From Dictyostelium discoideum (taxonomy: Eukaryota): 64,000 nt of DNA. The notes beneath the pieces were generated by a model. That model was not told where the DNA came from, did no database searches, and saw only the letters and a program-made list of their open reading frames with translations. Below, one piece after another: positions 11,993 to 27,893 of this stretch; position 1 is the stretch's first letter; every line of letters begins with the position of its first letter. The DNA is taken from positions 3,360,001 through 3,424,000 of the forward strand of contig CM000151.3 of assembly GCA_000004695.1 (NCBI GenBank), read 5' to 3'. A program made the position numbers and the translations under genes.

Positions 11993-13327
11993 ATGAAAAT
12001 CACAAACAACACCACAAATATTAAGCAACACAAATGCCTACAAAAAATAAGCGAAATTGTGGATAAAACTCAATTAAAAAAAAAACAATTCAAATACGTC
12101 ATAAACATCAATCACGAACCAGACGATAAAATAAAAAAAGATTTAGAAAAAAGTTTGGACAAAAAAGATGTTTTAATCAAAAGTAATAATACATTCAAAA
12201 TTCTCACAGACAGTATTAGTACAGTAATCTATTTTGTAAATATGTTCGATGCAGAATTAAAAGGACAATTTATAACCACTCTAAGACCAAAAAATATGTA
12301 TACGGATTTCGATTGGTATAAATCACTCACAGAAATAGAATGGGTAATAGAAAATGAAGGATGTAAACTAATTAAATCTGAAATTAAAGGCGAAACTCTA
12401 ATTATCAAAACAGTGAAAAGAGTCGTAGAAGAATATGACACTATCATTGAACTAGACAATCTAACATTAATTGGTCACTCCAACAAAGGATGGAGAGATC
12501 AAACCTCATTACCAGAAAATCAAGAAGAAAACAAAAATAAAAAACAATCAGATGAACAACAACCACAATCTACATCAGAACAAATACCAAAACAAGGAAA
12601 AAGAACAATCATTATCCCACCAATCACCTCCTCATCTAATGATAAAACATTTATGGCCCTAGATGATACAGCTCAAAAGGTAATAGATGCATCACTAGAA
12701 AACGTAGATGAACTAACAAGAATAGAGAATGAGATCAATACCCAATCGATAAACAATCAAGAAATTAAAACAAAATCAGAAAAACCTATTGAACCACCAT
12801 CTCCATACAATACACCAATAAAACAACACGGCGAAACAAAGAGACTAACAACGGAAGAAAAACTTAGAGAGGTAAATGATATCTTCGACTTCACCAGCCC
12901 AAACACTGATGCAATAAGAAAAATAGAATTCCCACTTTCAATCCCTTCAAATCAATGGTTCTTCTCCTCTCCAATAAAACATATCATGAGTTTCAGCCCA
13001 ACCTATGGTACACCATCGAAAATTATCGATTCACCAAGTAAATTGTTAAACACACCAAAAAACAAACAACAAGACAAAACAAACAGGACCAACAAAACAC
13101 CAGTCAAACCAAAATTGGGTGAATATGGACAAAAAAGCATAAAAACAAAAATGGATGAAGATATAGACAACTTCAACAAGGAAATTCTAAAACAAATCAG
13201 TAAATCAAAAAACCCCACAAACACACAAGACCAACAACACAACGAACAAAGTAAAGATCAGTTAGAAGACAAAATAAACCAGAAACTTCAAAAGGTAGAT
13301 AAAAATCTACCCCAAATAAAACTATAA
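11993..13327 (+). CDS. TRE5-A ORF1 (444 aa, basic, Lys/Gln-rich), beginning inside the B-module
   Basis: Uninterrupted ORF. Its first 81 codons are duplicated at 16896-17141. Confidence 0.8.
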   Translation: MKITNNTTNIKQHKCLQKISEIVDKTQLKKKQFKYVININHEPDDKIKKDLEKSLDKKDVLIKSNNTFKILTDSISTVIYFVNMFDAELKGQFITTLRPKNMYTDFDWYKSLTEIEWVIENEGCKLIKSEIKGETLIIKTVKRVVEEYDTIIELDNLTLIGHSNKGWRDQTSLPENQEENKNKKQSDEQQPQSTSEQIPKQGKRTIIIPPITSSSNDKTFMALDDTAQKVIDASLENVDELTRIENEINTQSINNQEIKTKSEKPIEPPSPYNTPIKQHGETKRLTTEEKLREVNDIFDFTSPNTDAIRKIEFPLSIPSNQWFFSSPIKHIMSFSPTYGTPSKIIDSPSKLLNTPKNKQQDKTNRTNKTPVKPKLGEYGQKSIKTKMDEDIDNFNKEILKQISKSKNPTNTQDQQHNEQSKDQLEDKINQKLQKVDKNLPQIKL

Positions 13328-16300
13328 AGAAAAACACAATAAGAATAGGTGTTTGGAACGTCCAAGGATCCAACACCATCCAATCTGCCAGCATAATAAA
13401 CACCGTATTAGACAACAACAAGCTGGACGCAGCACTTCTAACTGAAACAAATATAAAAACAAATAAAATTTACTCAATAAATCAACAATATAAAAACAAA
13501 ATAACACACCACGCACCAATTGATAAAACAGGACAAGGGGTGTCACAAATCATCATCAACACCCAAATAAAAACAACAACAAAAACAATAAACGAAAGAA
13601 TTATATCTTCCGAATGGATGATTGCAAAAACACAGATCAAATGCACAACCATTTATGCCCCAGCAAAGTCAAACGAAAGACATGAATGGTATAAGGAAAA
13701 TCTCACAGAAGAAATACTACACAGCGATATTATAACTGGAGACTTCAATGTAGACTGTTCAGTGGATAATAACCTTAACAAATATATTAAAACAATCTTC
13801 GACGAATTCGAATTTACAGAAATTAAGAATGGAATCACATTTCCAAGAAACAAATCAACCATCGATAGGGTCTTTGTCTCAAAGAAGATACTCCATCTAA
13901 ACCCAATAGTTACTACTAAGGAAATCAAATTAAAATCTGATCACAACATGGTAATCATTGAATTAAAAATACCAGAATACGAGCAACAAAAGAAAGGAGA
14001 AAGACTATGGAGACAAAACCTAGAAACTCTCAAAATGAATTCAACCAGCCTCAAAATTAATAAAACAATTAAATACTACAATAAAAAATTCGAAGAGAAC
14101 ACCAGCAAATGGTACAAATTAAACATTTGCGAACAATGGTTGAAACTAAAAGATGAAATAAAGAAACTGTCAATTAATATAGAAATTAGAGAAAGCAATA
14201 AAACCAAAAACAAACTAAAAGAACTCGCAGAAAAACTCGAAACAGCCAAAGATTCAAGAGCAATCTTCCTTAAAGAAGAGATCAACAATATTCTAAAGGA
14301 ACAAGTAAGAATAAAACAAGCAAACCAAACCAACACCCACATCAACAACAAAGAAACACCATCAAAATACTTAACCAGAAGGTTAAAAGTCCAAAGAAAG
14401 ACAAATGAAATCCCTCAAATTCTAGATCCAAGCAACAATTGTTTGGTAACAAAACACGAGGATATCCTCGAAGTAGCAAGAAGATATTACGAGAACCTGT
14501 ACCAGAAGAGAGAATGCAACGAAGACACTCACCACGAACTCCTAAAAACATTCAATAAAAGGATTGATCAAAAGATATTGGACGAAATTAATCAACCAAT
14601 AGAAGGATATGAAATCAGACTAGGCATTGAAAAAATACAAGAAGGAAAAGCACCTGGTAAAGATGGACTCCTTCCAACATTTTACAAAAACCACATTAAT
14701 GAAATTCTACCAATAATATCAAAACTATACAATCACTTCTGGAACACAACAATCCCAAAGGACTTCAAACAAGGGATATTGATTACTATATATAAAAACA
14801 AAGGAGACCCAAACAACCTGGATAATTATAGACCAATAACACTTCTAAATGTCGATTACAAAATCTATTCGAAAATAATCAACAATAGGATCCTGAAGTT
14901 CTTAAACAAAATAATCTCACCATTCCAAACTGGATTCGTACCAAGAAGACTACTGCACGATAACATCATCACCTTAAACTCAACAATAGAAATAATAAAA
15001 CGAGAGATTAACACAAAAGAGGATATGGAACCAATCATAACATTTTATGATTTTGAAAAAGCATTCGATTCAATCTCACATAACGCCATTCTACGTACTC
15101 TTGCACATCTAAAACTACCACTCAAAATGGTCCTCACAATAATGAACTTACTCAATGAATCAGAAACATCAGTGTACATCAATAACTCATTATCTAAAAG
15201 CTTTACATCAAAAAGAGGAACCAAACAAGGTGATCCTATCTCTCCCACTATCTTCGCATTAGTGGTTGAATGCATGGCAACTACTATAATAAATGACCGC
15301 TGCATCAATGGTGTAACCAAAGAAACCATTAAAATACTACAGTTCGCCGATGATACAGCAACAATAGCATACAACTTTATGGACCATTTCCTCATGAATG
15401 AATGGATCAAGAAGTTTTGCCAAGCAACCAGCGCAAAAATAAACCAAACCAAATGCTCGTGTATCACTTTCAAATGGAACACCAGAACGCTATACACCGT
15501 CATAAAATCAAACGAAAGGTACCTCGGCTTTGACTTCAACAATAAGGGTATCAAATCCAAAATCAATACAATCTCAGACAACATCAGAGCTAAACTAGTA
15601 ACATGGAACTCAACTTCATCAACCTATATGGGCAGACTCATAATGGCAAAAACATATGCACTATCTCAGTTAACGTTCCACACTTACATCAACACCACAC
15701 CACAACACAATAGTATTGAAAATAACATCGTAAAATTCGTTTTCAACACAAAATCTAAAAACTCTCTTTCACTACAAAGAAGACAAAACAACTATATCAA
15801 TGGTGGCCTAAACTTATGGAACCTGAAGACAAGAGAACTAGCACAGAAAGCATGGTTATTCGAAAGATACCTCCACCAAAGAGTAAGTAACACTCCTAGT
15901 TCATATATAAAACTGTGGGAAGAGGAACTCAAAAACAACAACAACAACAAAACAACAACAAAACAAAATCAACTACAACTACACTGGCAATGCAAGCAAG
16001 CATGGACCCAATTAAAAACTCCACAAAATAAACAAACACACTACGAACACCTCCCAAAATTAAAAAAAATATACGAAGATATGATGACAACTCAATCTCC
16101 TGAACACAACAAATTCATACCAACTCCTGGCCAAAAAGAAATAATGACCAAAATTAATAGCAAACACCTTCCATTTAAAGAAATCAAAAAAATAATAAAC
16201 ATGAAAGGTAGAGATCTATTATGGAGATACACACTGAAAGCACTACCAAAAATATACAACATGCCATGCCAACAGTGTGGGGAAGATGAGACCTCAGAAC

Positions 16301-16761
16301 ATATATTCTTCAACTGCAAAGCCCACATCAAAAACACACAAGAAATCTTCAACTACACCCTAACTAAGTGTGGACACACCACTCACACCTGGAATGTGAA
16401 GATTTTAAACCATCTACAAATTGCACTAGTAGCCAATTTAATAGCTATTATATTCGATAAAATCTGGCACAAAAGAAATAAACTCATTCACGATGAAAAA
16501 GAAATAATAATTCACAGACAACAAGTCATACGTGAACTAATTAAAACACAAAGAGCTGCATGGGACAGGACACAAGCGGTTATAAACAAAACATTAAGAA
16601 TCAAATCAAAGCAACGGCCAGAAGAACAAAATAAATTAGACTCACTAATCTCGCTAAAGCTATTACAATTTAGCAGACAATGGAACTCACCTCTTCACGC
16701 AATAGAACTTCCTAAACATCTCAAAAAATACAATAATTCACTCAGTACTTTCTATAAATAA
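13303..16761 (+). CDS. TRE5-A ORF2: apurinic-type endonuclease + reverse transcriptase + C-terminal Cys-rich (CCHC-like) domain. The frame is open from 13303, in the -1 frame relative to ORF1 with a 25-nt overlap; the first ATG is at 13540.
   Basis: N-terminal IRIGVWNVQGSN...TETNIK (APE/L1-EN-like) is encoded upstream of the first Met. RT motifs are FYDFEKAFD, KRGTKQGDPISPTIFALV and LQFADDTA. The C-terminal CQQCGEDETSEHIFFNCKAH is CCHC-like. Confidence 0.85.
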   Translation, partial: KSTPNKTIKKNTIRIGVWNVQGSNTIQSASIINTVLDNNKLDAALLTETNIKTNKIYSINQQYKNKITHHAPIDKTGQGVSQIIINTQIKTTTKTINERIISSEWMIAKTQIKCTTIYAPAKSNERHEWYKENLTEEILHSDIITGDFNVDCSVDNNLNKYIKTIFDEFEFTEIKNGITFPRNKSTIDRVFVSKKILHLNPIVTTKEIKLKSDHNMVIIELKIPEYEQQKKGERLWRQNLETLKMNSTSLKINKTIKYYNKKFEENTSKWYKLNICEQWLKLKDEIKKLSINIEIRESNKTKNKLKELAEKLETAKDSRAIFLKEEINNILKEQVRIKQANQTNTHINNKETPSKYLTRRLKVQRKTNEIPQILDPSNNCLVTKHEDILEVARRYYENLYQKRECNEDTHHELLKTFNKRIDQKILDEINQPIEGYEIRLGIEKIQEGKAPGKDGLLPTFYKNHINEILPIISKLYNHFWNTTIPKDFKQGILITIYKNKGDPNNLDNYRPITLLNVDYKIYSKIINNRILKFLNKIISPFQTGFVPRRLLHDNIITLNSTIEIIKREINTKEDMEPIITFYDFEKAFDSISHNAILRTLAHLKLPLKMVLTIMNLLNESETSVYINNSLSKSFTSKRGTKQGDPISPTIFALVVECMATTIINDRCINGVTKETIKILQFADDTATIAYNFMDHFLMNEWIKKFCQATSAKINQTKCSCITFKWNTRTLYTVIKSNERYLGFDFNNKGIKSKINTISDNIRAKLVTWNSTSSTYMGRLIMAKTYALSQLTFHTYINTTPQHNSIENNIVKFVFNTKSKNSLSLQRRQNNYINGGLNLWNLKTRELAQKAWLFERYLHQRVSNTPSSYIKLWEEELKNNNNNKTTTKQNQLQLHWQCKQAWTQLKTPQNKQTHYEHLPKLKKIYEDMMTTQSPEHNKFIPTPGQKEIMTKINSKHLPFKEIKKIINMKGRDLLWRYTLKALPKIYNMPCQQCGEDETSEHIFFNCKAHIKNTQEIFNYTLTKCGHTTHTWNVKILNHLQIALVANLIAIIFDKIWHKRNKLIHDEKEIIIHRQQVIRELIKTQRAAWDRTQAVINKTLRIKSKQRPEEQNKLDSLISLKLLQFSRQWNSPLHAIELPKHLKKYNNSLSTFYK

Positions 16762-16814
<53 letters not shown>

Positions 16815-16819
<5 letters not shown>

Positions 16820-17110
16820 GGAACCCAAGTTAATCAGAAAATTTCCAGATTTTTAACTTTTTAAAGAAAAATATAAAAAATAGAAAGAAAATAAAATGAA
16901 AATCACAAACAACACCACAAATATTAAGCAACACAAATGCCTACAAAAAATAAGCGAAATTGTGGATAAAACTCAATTAAAAAAAAAACAATTCAAATAC
17001 GTCATAAACATCAATCACGAACCAGACGATAAAATAAAAAAAGATTTAGAAAAAAGTTGGAACAAAAAAGATGTTTTAATCAAAAGTAATAATACAATTC
17101 AAAATTCGAA
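16815..17110 (+). repeat. 3' duplicate of the TRE5-A B-module plus the first 81 ORF1 codons, about 98% identical to 11912-12205, flanked by internal oligo(A) tracts (16763-16814 and 17108-17128)
   Basis: Direct alignment of cctgggaacccaagttaatcagaaaatttccag...aaaagtaataatac at both locations. Divergence begins near 17100. Confidence 0.85.
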
Positions 17111-17740
17111 ACAAAAAAAAAAAAAAAAAAAAGTAAACTAACCCCTCTTTTAGAGACCCTGTAAAAAAAAAAAAAAAAAATAAAATAAAATGAGATCTAG
17201 CATCTCAAGGAGAAGCAAATAATAATTGCGTTATCCAATTCAAAAAAAAAATTTATAAATATATAATTAATAATTATATAATTGAATAATACTTTGTTAT
17301 CTTTATTTAATATTAGTTTATATTTATAATATTCAATATTGTTTATAAAATTATTCTTTAGTATTTATATTATTTATAATGAGTTGACAGTATTATTATT
17401 ATTATTATTATATTATTTAAATGTGTGTCAACTATAATTAGTAATGTAATATGCATATTTAATATCTATTAATTTTATAGAGTAACTTTATTACAAAGTT
17501 ATTATTTTTAACAAGTTAAAGCAATTTTTTCTTTTTTTTTTAGAAATTATTTAATTTTTTTTTTATAAATTTTATTTTTTTATTTGCTTTCGATGAAATT
17601 TTTATTTTAATAGCAAATAATTTGAGAACTGATACATTTTTATTTTTGTTGTACTTTAAAAAAATAAAAAGAAAACAATTATATTTCTAAATTAATTTTT
17701 ACAATTTAATAAATAATTTTTTTTTTTTATTTTTAATATT

Positions 17741-19158
17741 TTAACTTGGATCTTTTAAAGAAGAATTAATTAGATCACTTTTGCTATTACTAAAACTTGT
17801 TGAAGATTTATTTGAATTTTCAATTTCAATTGAAATTTCCAAAGTATTAAAATTTGAATTTGTATTACCACTATATCCTAAATCAAATGTTGAACTCTTT
17901 TTACCTTTAGAATTACTATTTGAATTTTCCATTTCACTAGAACTATCATTATGAGTTTTAATTGATTTAAATAATACATAAACTTTCCATTTACCATCTG
18001 ATAATACTAACATTACAACTAACTAATAATAATAATATAAAAAAATAATTTTATTAATAATTAATAATATTTTTTTATAATTGGTGTAATTAATTTTATT
18101 TTTTAAAATATTAAAAATATTTACCAATTGAAAAAATTCTATTACACCAACAATAAATAATTTTAAATATTGTCTTGGTGTTTCATAAGTGTCTGTATAA
18201 TACATATTGAAAATAAGTTCTTGTATGATAATTGTTACTGCTACAAAAATAACTGTTGATAATAAAATCTTGGTTTTTAAAATCATAATATCAAAATGAC
18301 TAAATGGTGTTGACTTTTTATGTTTTTTTAAATGTCTTAATAAATAATAACCATTAAACTTTTTAAAAAAAAAATATTAAATAATTAAAATTAATACCAT
18401 TAAAAAAATAATAATAATAACTAAAATAATAATAATAATAATAAAATTAATTACCGAAACTATTGATGCATAAATTAAAAGTAAAATTAAAAATCCAACA
18501 GACTCTGCTGTTTCAATATTTTTACGCAAGGTTATACTTGAAACTGTAAATTGATAAATTATAATAACAAGGGCAAAAATAAATGTTGAATAATTAATTG
18601 GTTTTGCTCGATTTAGTCTAACTTCTTCTGAAATAAAAAATTTATACATAATAAGTAACCCTTTTTTTAAAAAATAAAAATAAAAATAAAAAATTAATAA
18701 TTATATTAAAACATAAAGAAAAAAATTAAAAACTATATGATTCTACTTACAATAATGTTGAATAAAAACCCAAGCAAGGAAAATTGCTGCAGTACCTAAT
18801 GAAAAGAAAAAAAAATTTGGTGTTCCAATACCTAAAAATAATTTGTTTAGAATTATTATTGATTGAATTTTTAAAATAAAAAAATAAAAATAAAAATAAA
18901 AAATTTACCTAATTGGTGGTTATCATAGAAAAATGCTGTTTGAATTGTTCTTAAAATACAAAATAAAGATTGAAAAAAAAATACAAAAAATCTTGTTGTA
19001 GTTTTTGATTGTTTTTTAATCATTTTAAGAATTTCTAAAAATGCTTGATAAAAACATATAATAAAAAAATATGTATATGCTATTAATCTTAAACCCATAA
19101 ATGAATATGTTAATTTATCAAATGAATCTGAACCTGTAAAATATTCTGTTGATTCCAT
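17741..19158 (-). CDS. Multi-exon gene for a hydrophobic multipass membrane protein of unknown family. ATG at 19158, first donor about 18912, with further exons around 18763-18838, 18480-18650, 18023-18290 and 17741-18010.
   Basis: A string of minus-strand ORFs (18871-19158, 18377-18649, 18023-18286, 17741-18013) encode TM-helix-like segments and are separated by AT-rich GT..AG intervals. Exact splice sites are not fully resolved. Confidence 0.45.
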
Positions 19159-19276
19159 TTTTAGAAATTATTTTTTTTTTTTTTTAAACAATTTTTTTTT
19201 TTTTTTTTTTTTATTTTTTTTTTTTTTAATTATTTTTGTACAAGATAATTTCTATTTTTATTTTATATGATTGATT

Positions 19277-19308
<32 letters not shown>

Positions 19309-19795
19309 AAAAAAAAAAAATTATTAAAATAAAAAATCAAATTTTAAAAATAATAAACAAAATAAAAAAAATTGTGCACATGGTTAAACCGTTTTGAGTG
19401 TAAAAAATAAAAAAATAAAAAAAAATTAATTTTAAATAAAAGAAAATAAAATATAGGTTGATTGATGAGATTGCAACGAATAGTTTCACGGCACAATCAA
19501 AAAACAAAGTGTTTTAAATAAAAACCACAAAATTTTCAATCATCAAAAAAATATCTTTTTTTTTTATTTTATTTTAGTCATATGAAAATTATAGGCTTTA
19601 TCAAAAATAAAAATAATATTTTTAAAATAAAAAAAAAAAAAGATATTTTTTTATTTTTTTTCATTTTTTTTTATTTTTTTCATTTTTTAAAAAAAATAAA
19701 TTTTAGACAAAAAAAAAAAAAAATAAAAAAAAAAAAAAATTATAAAATTTTTTCAAAAACAATTTAATTAAAAAAAAAAAAAAAAAAAATTTCAA

Positions 19796-23938
<4,143 letters not shown>

Positions 23939-24121
23939 ATAATAAATAATAAATAATAAATAATAAATAATAATAAATAATAAACAATAATAATAATAAA
24001 ATTAATAATAATAACAATAATAAAATTAATAAAATTAATAAAATAAATATAAATTATTTGTTTTTAATTATTTCTTTTATTTTTTTTTTTTTTTTTAAAT
24101 AATTGTAATATTTTTTAATTT

Positions 24122-25750
24122 TTAATAACAGAACCTTTTAACTGGGATCAAGGTACAGAATATATTTTTAAATGAATCAGCAATTGTTACACGATGATAT
24201 TTTTGATGTGCAATGTAAATATTTTGTAAATGAATATCATCATGGTATTCTGATCCTAAGTTATTTAAAATTGGTGATTTTGATGTTGATTTATATTTTT
24301 TTGATTGTTGTTGTTGTTCAGTTTCTTGTTGTTGTAGTTGTTCGTTCTCATCAATACAACGATTTTCACCATTTTGTAAAATTGTAGAAGTAGTTGTTGT
24401 TGGGGTGGTTGGTTGATAATTTTCAATATTATGAATAAAATTATAATTCTTTAATAAAACTTTGTGTTGTTGTTTTAACTGTTCACTTGTTATACTATCT
24501 GTACTTTCATCATTATTGTTACTACTACCACCACCACTTGTTGAACTACTACGAACTATTGTTGGAAAATGAAAATTAACTTGTTGTTGATTATTTGGAT
24601 TATTATTTGAATTTAATACATTTGGACTATAAAGTGATGAATGACAAACAAAAGAACTAAACTTTTCATCTTGATTTTTTAATTTACATGATGAAAATAT
24701 TGATGCTGAATCACTATTAAAATATTGATCAAAATCACTTTCAAATAATTTTTCATTCAAATCTTTTCCTTTATTTTTGATATTAATATTGTTATTATCA
24801 TTATTATCATTTTTATTATTATTTTTATTTTTATTATTATTACTTTGAATTGAATTTACATTATAATGTTGATGAAAGTTAAGTTGTGCTGCTGAAGAGC
24901 TACCTCCCGTTGAAGATATATAAATTGATGGTGAAGAAGAAGATGGATAAAAACTATAATAAGAAACTGATGGCGAATTTAGAAATCCTGGATTATAACC
25001 AGCAGTGGTTGTATCTCCATTAATACCAACTAGTGGATTATAATTCATAAACATGCCACCTCCACTAACCTCATTTGAAAATGATATTATACCACCATTA
25101 AAATTATTAAATAATAATGAATTTACTGTTGCACCACCTGTTCCACTACCACCACTACCACTACCAACACCATTATTATTGTTATTATTATTTATATGGT
25201 TATTTAAAATTGTGTCGACACCATAATAAATTTTTGAATTTTGTTGTGGTAGAGTTGAAGGTAACATTAACATACTTAGTGTACCCATAAAAATTAATAA
25301 TGCAAAATAACTTGAACGAGAGAATTCAGTATTTGAATAGATTGGTGGTAAATTCTTTAAAACTCCTTTTCTTTGTAATTTCATTACACAATAATGTAAA
25401 TGATGTGGTGATAAATTATAAACTCTATGACAGATTGAACAATACCATTTATTGCATTTACCAATCCATTCACAAAGACATTTAACATGTACATGTCTTT
25501 GAGTACCTTTACAATCACATGGTCTAACTAATCTATTACCAATATTCTTACGTTGTCTCTTTGATTGTGAAATTGGTGTTAATTCTACATATCCGCCATT
25601 ACTATTTCGATTTAATTTCTCTTTAAATTCTAATTCTTCTATTTCTATATCTTTTGATTTTATTGAATTTTCATTTAAATTAAATTCTTTTTTATCATAA
25701 ATTGGATCTTCAACTTCAATTTCTTCTAAACAAAATCTACATTCAATTAA

Positions 25751-25753
<3 letters not shown>
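24122..25753 (-). CDS. RING-CH (RINGv, C4HC3) MARCH-family E3 ubiquitin-ligase-like membrane protein, 543 aa
   Basis: N-terminal CRFC...RPCDCKGTQRHVHVKCLCEWI...CSICH matches the RING-CH spacing and is followed by a hydrophobic segment FALLIFMGTLSMLMLP. The tail is long, low-complexity and Ser/Asn-rich. Confidence 0.7.
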
Positions 25754-25783
<30 letters not shown>

Positions 25784-25807
25784 CTAATATTATTTTTATT
25801 ATTTTAT

Positions 25808-25975
<168 letters not shown>

Positions 25976-27179
25976 ATTTAATTTTTAATAAGGTTTTAAT
26001 AACGAGGAAGGATTTCCAATAAATAATAAAAAAAATTAAATGTGAAAAATATGGAAATCCTTAAAAAAAAAAAAATTGTTTAATGTGTTTTTTATTTTTT
26101 TTTTTAATTTTTTTTTACTAAATTATTTTAAAAAGGTAAATTATTGTTAGAAAAATTTAAAGTGAATATTTTTTAAAGTGAAATATAATAATAATAAAAA
26201 AAATAAAAATAAAATAAAATAAAAATATGTGTTTATTACTATTGGAATAGTTAAAAAAATGAAATAAAAATAAAAAATTAAAAAAAAAAAAATAAAAATA
26301 AAAAAAATAAAAAGAGTAGAAAGTTATAAAAATCAATGTTTGAATTTGGGGTGTATTGAGAAATTTTTTAAAAAATCTAATTATTTTCGTTTTTGGGGGT
26401 GGGTTTATTTGGTGTGTTTATGAAATGAAAGTTAATTAAACCACAAACACTATACCAGTATTAAAAAATAATTATTATGGTAAATGTGGGGTTCCTAAGA
26501 TCGAATGTTTGTTTAAATATGAGAAATTCCAAATTTACCAAATAAATAAATTACCGCACATAACAATATTAACAATAATCATAATTAACCACCTGGTATT
26601 AAAAAAAATAAAAAATTAAAAAATTAAAAAAATTAAAAAATAAAAAAAAATTTAAAAAAATAATGCATATTAATTACCTATAGAGCTAAATGGGTGTTAA
26701 ATTTAAATAAAAATTAATAGATAACAGTTGAAAAATATTTATCTCTTTTTTTTTCTTTTTTTTAATTTTTTTTTTTTGAATTAATTTTTTGTTTAATAAA
26801 AAAAAAAAAAAAAAACAAAATAAAAAAAAAAAATTGGTGGTTTCTTCCTTTTAAAAAATTGTAACCTATATAATTTAATTTAATTAATTTTTTTTTTTTT
26901 TTTTTTGAAAGAAGTAAATTATTCATAAGAACGAGAAACCAATCGTTTTTAAATTTTTATTTTAATAATATTTATTTTTTTTATTTTTTTTATTTTTTTT
27001 TTTTTTTATTTTTTTTATTATTTTTTTTATTTTTTTATTATTTTTATCAAATAATGTGATATATACTAAAATAATTATTTTGTTTTTATTATTGTTTTTT
27101 TTTTAAAAATACATCTTTATTTATTTTTTTATTTATTTTTTATTTATTTATGTTATTTATTTAGTTTTAAATAATTTAA

Positions 27180-27268
<89 letters not shown>

Positions 27269-27273
<5 letters not shown>

Positions 27274-27893
27274 GTTTTAATAATTTAATATTATTAATAT
27301 TTAAATTAGTAAAAATTGTATAATCAAAAGGATCACTATAAAAGATTTCAAGCACAATTGAATTAGGTATTGATGAAGATGAAAATAATTTTTGATTAAA
27401 ATTTGGGGATAAATATAATTTTTGAATACTTGTTGGAATGATACCAGATTCAAGTGGGTGGTTAAAACCATCTTTTAAATAAACATTCTTAATATTTGAT
27501 AATGATCCAATTGATAATGGTTTACTTATATTATGAATGATAATGGTTGTGACAGTGTTTGGAAAATAGTTTTGAGGTATCTCTTGATTGAAACCATCCA
27601 ATAAAATGACATTTTTAATATTTGAAGGTATTGAAAATGTTTTAATATCAATTGTATTTGGTCCAAATGCTATTGATGTAATTTCATAAATATCAACATA
27701 ATTACCAATTGTATAATATGTTTGTCCATTACCTAAAATTATTAAAAAAAAATAGTAAAAAAAATAAAAAAATAAAAAAAATTTTAATTTATTAAAATTA
27801 TTATTTATAAATTATAAAATATATATTAATAAAAAATAAAGCTCTCATACTATCAAATGAATTTGAAACAGGTATTAAATTATTCATATGCAT
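27269..27893 (-). CDS. FNIP-repeat-containing protein of about 183 aa; join(27269..27732, 27851..27893) on the minus strand
   Basis: Repeated DGFNQEIP.../LKDGFNHPLESGIIPTSIQKLYLSPNFNQKL motifs are typical of Dictyostelium FNIP repeats. The donor is GTATGA after the 43-nt exon 1, the acceptor is AG at 27733-34, and the frame is maintained. Confidence 0.55.

Larger units (their letters stand above)
10249..17251 (+). mobile_element. Full-length TRE5-A (DRE) tRNA-gene-targeted non-LTR retrotransposon. Layout: A-module x8.2, oligo(A), B-module, ORF1, ORF2, oligo(A), B-module copy, oligo(A), C-module, oligo(A). It is flanked by a 14-bp target-site duplication.
   Basis: ORF2 carries APE-endonuclease motifs (ITGDFNVD, SDHNMV) and RT motifs (FYDFEKAFDSISH, QGDPISP, FADD). 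The element's 5' end lies 46-48 bp upstream of the tRNA-Leu 5' end, head-to-head, and it ends in a 3' oligo(A). An identical TTTATAAATATATA sits at 10235-10248 and 17252-17265. The A/B/C module organisation matches published descriptions of DRE/TRE5-A as I recall them. Confidence 0.85.

Noticed and set aside
15045-15584. 179-aa minus-strand ORF, and other antisense ORFs (13653-13928, 14076-14351, 16092-16352), inside TRE5-A ORF2
   Set aside because: They are antisense to a well-supported RT-coding frame and show no independent motifs.
17383-17440. Inverted repeat GTTGACA...(AT-rich loop)...TGTCAAC immediately 3' of the TRE5-A insertion
   Set aside because: A short 7-bp arm in AT-rich DNA, plausibly by chance. 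No evidence that it is a functional hairpin or a TIR.
26340-26600. Moderately complex non-AT stretch (ggggtgtattgag...gggggtgggtttatttggtgtg...) considered as a ncRNA or exon
   Set aside because: No open frame on either strand, and no recognisable snRNA, snoRNA or class I RNA motif (no CCTTACAGCAA, no clear DUSE). Kept only as a minor G-tract note.
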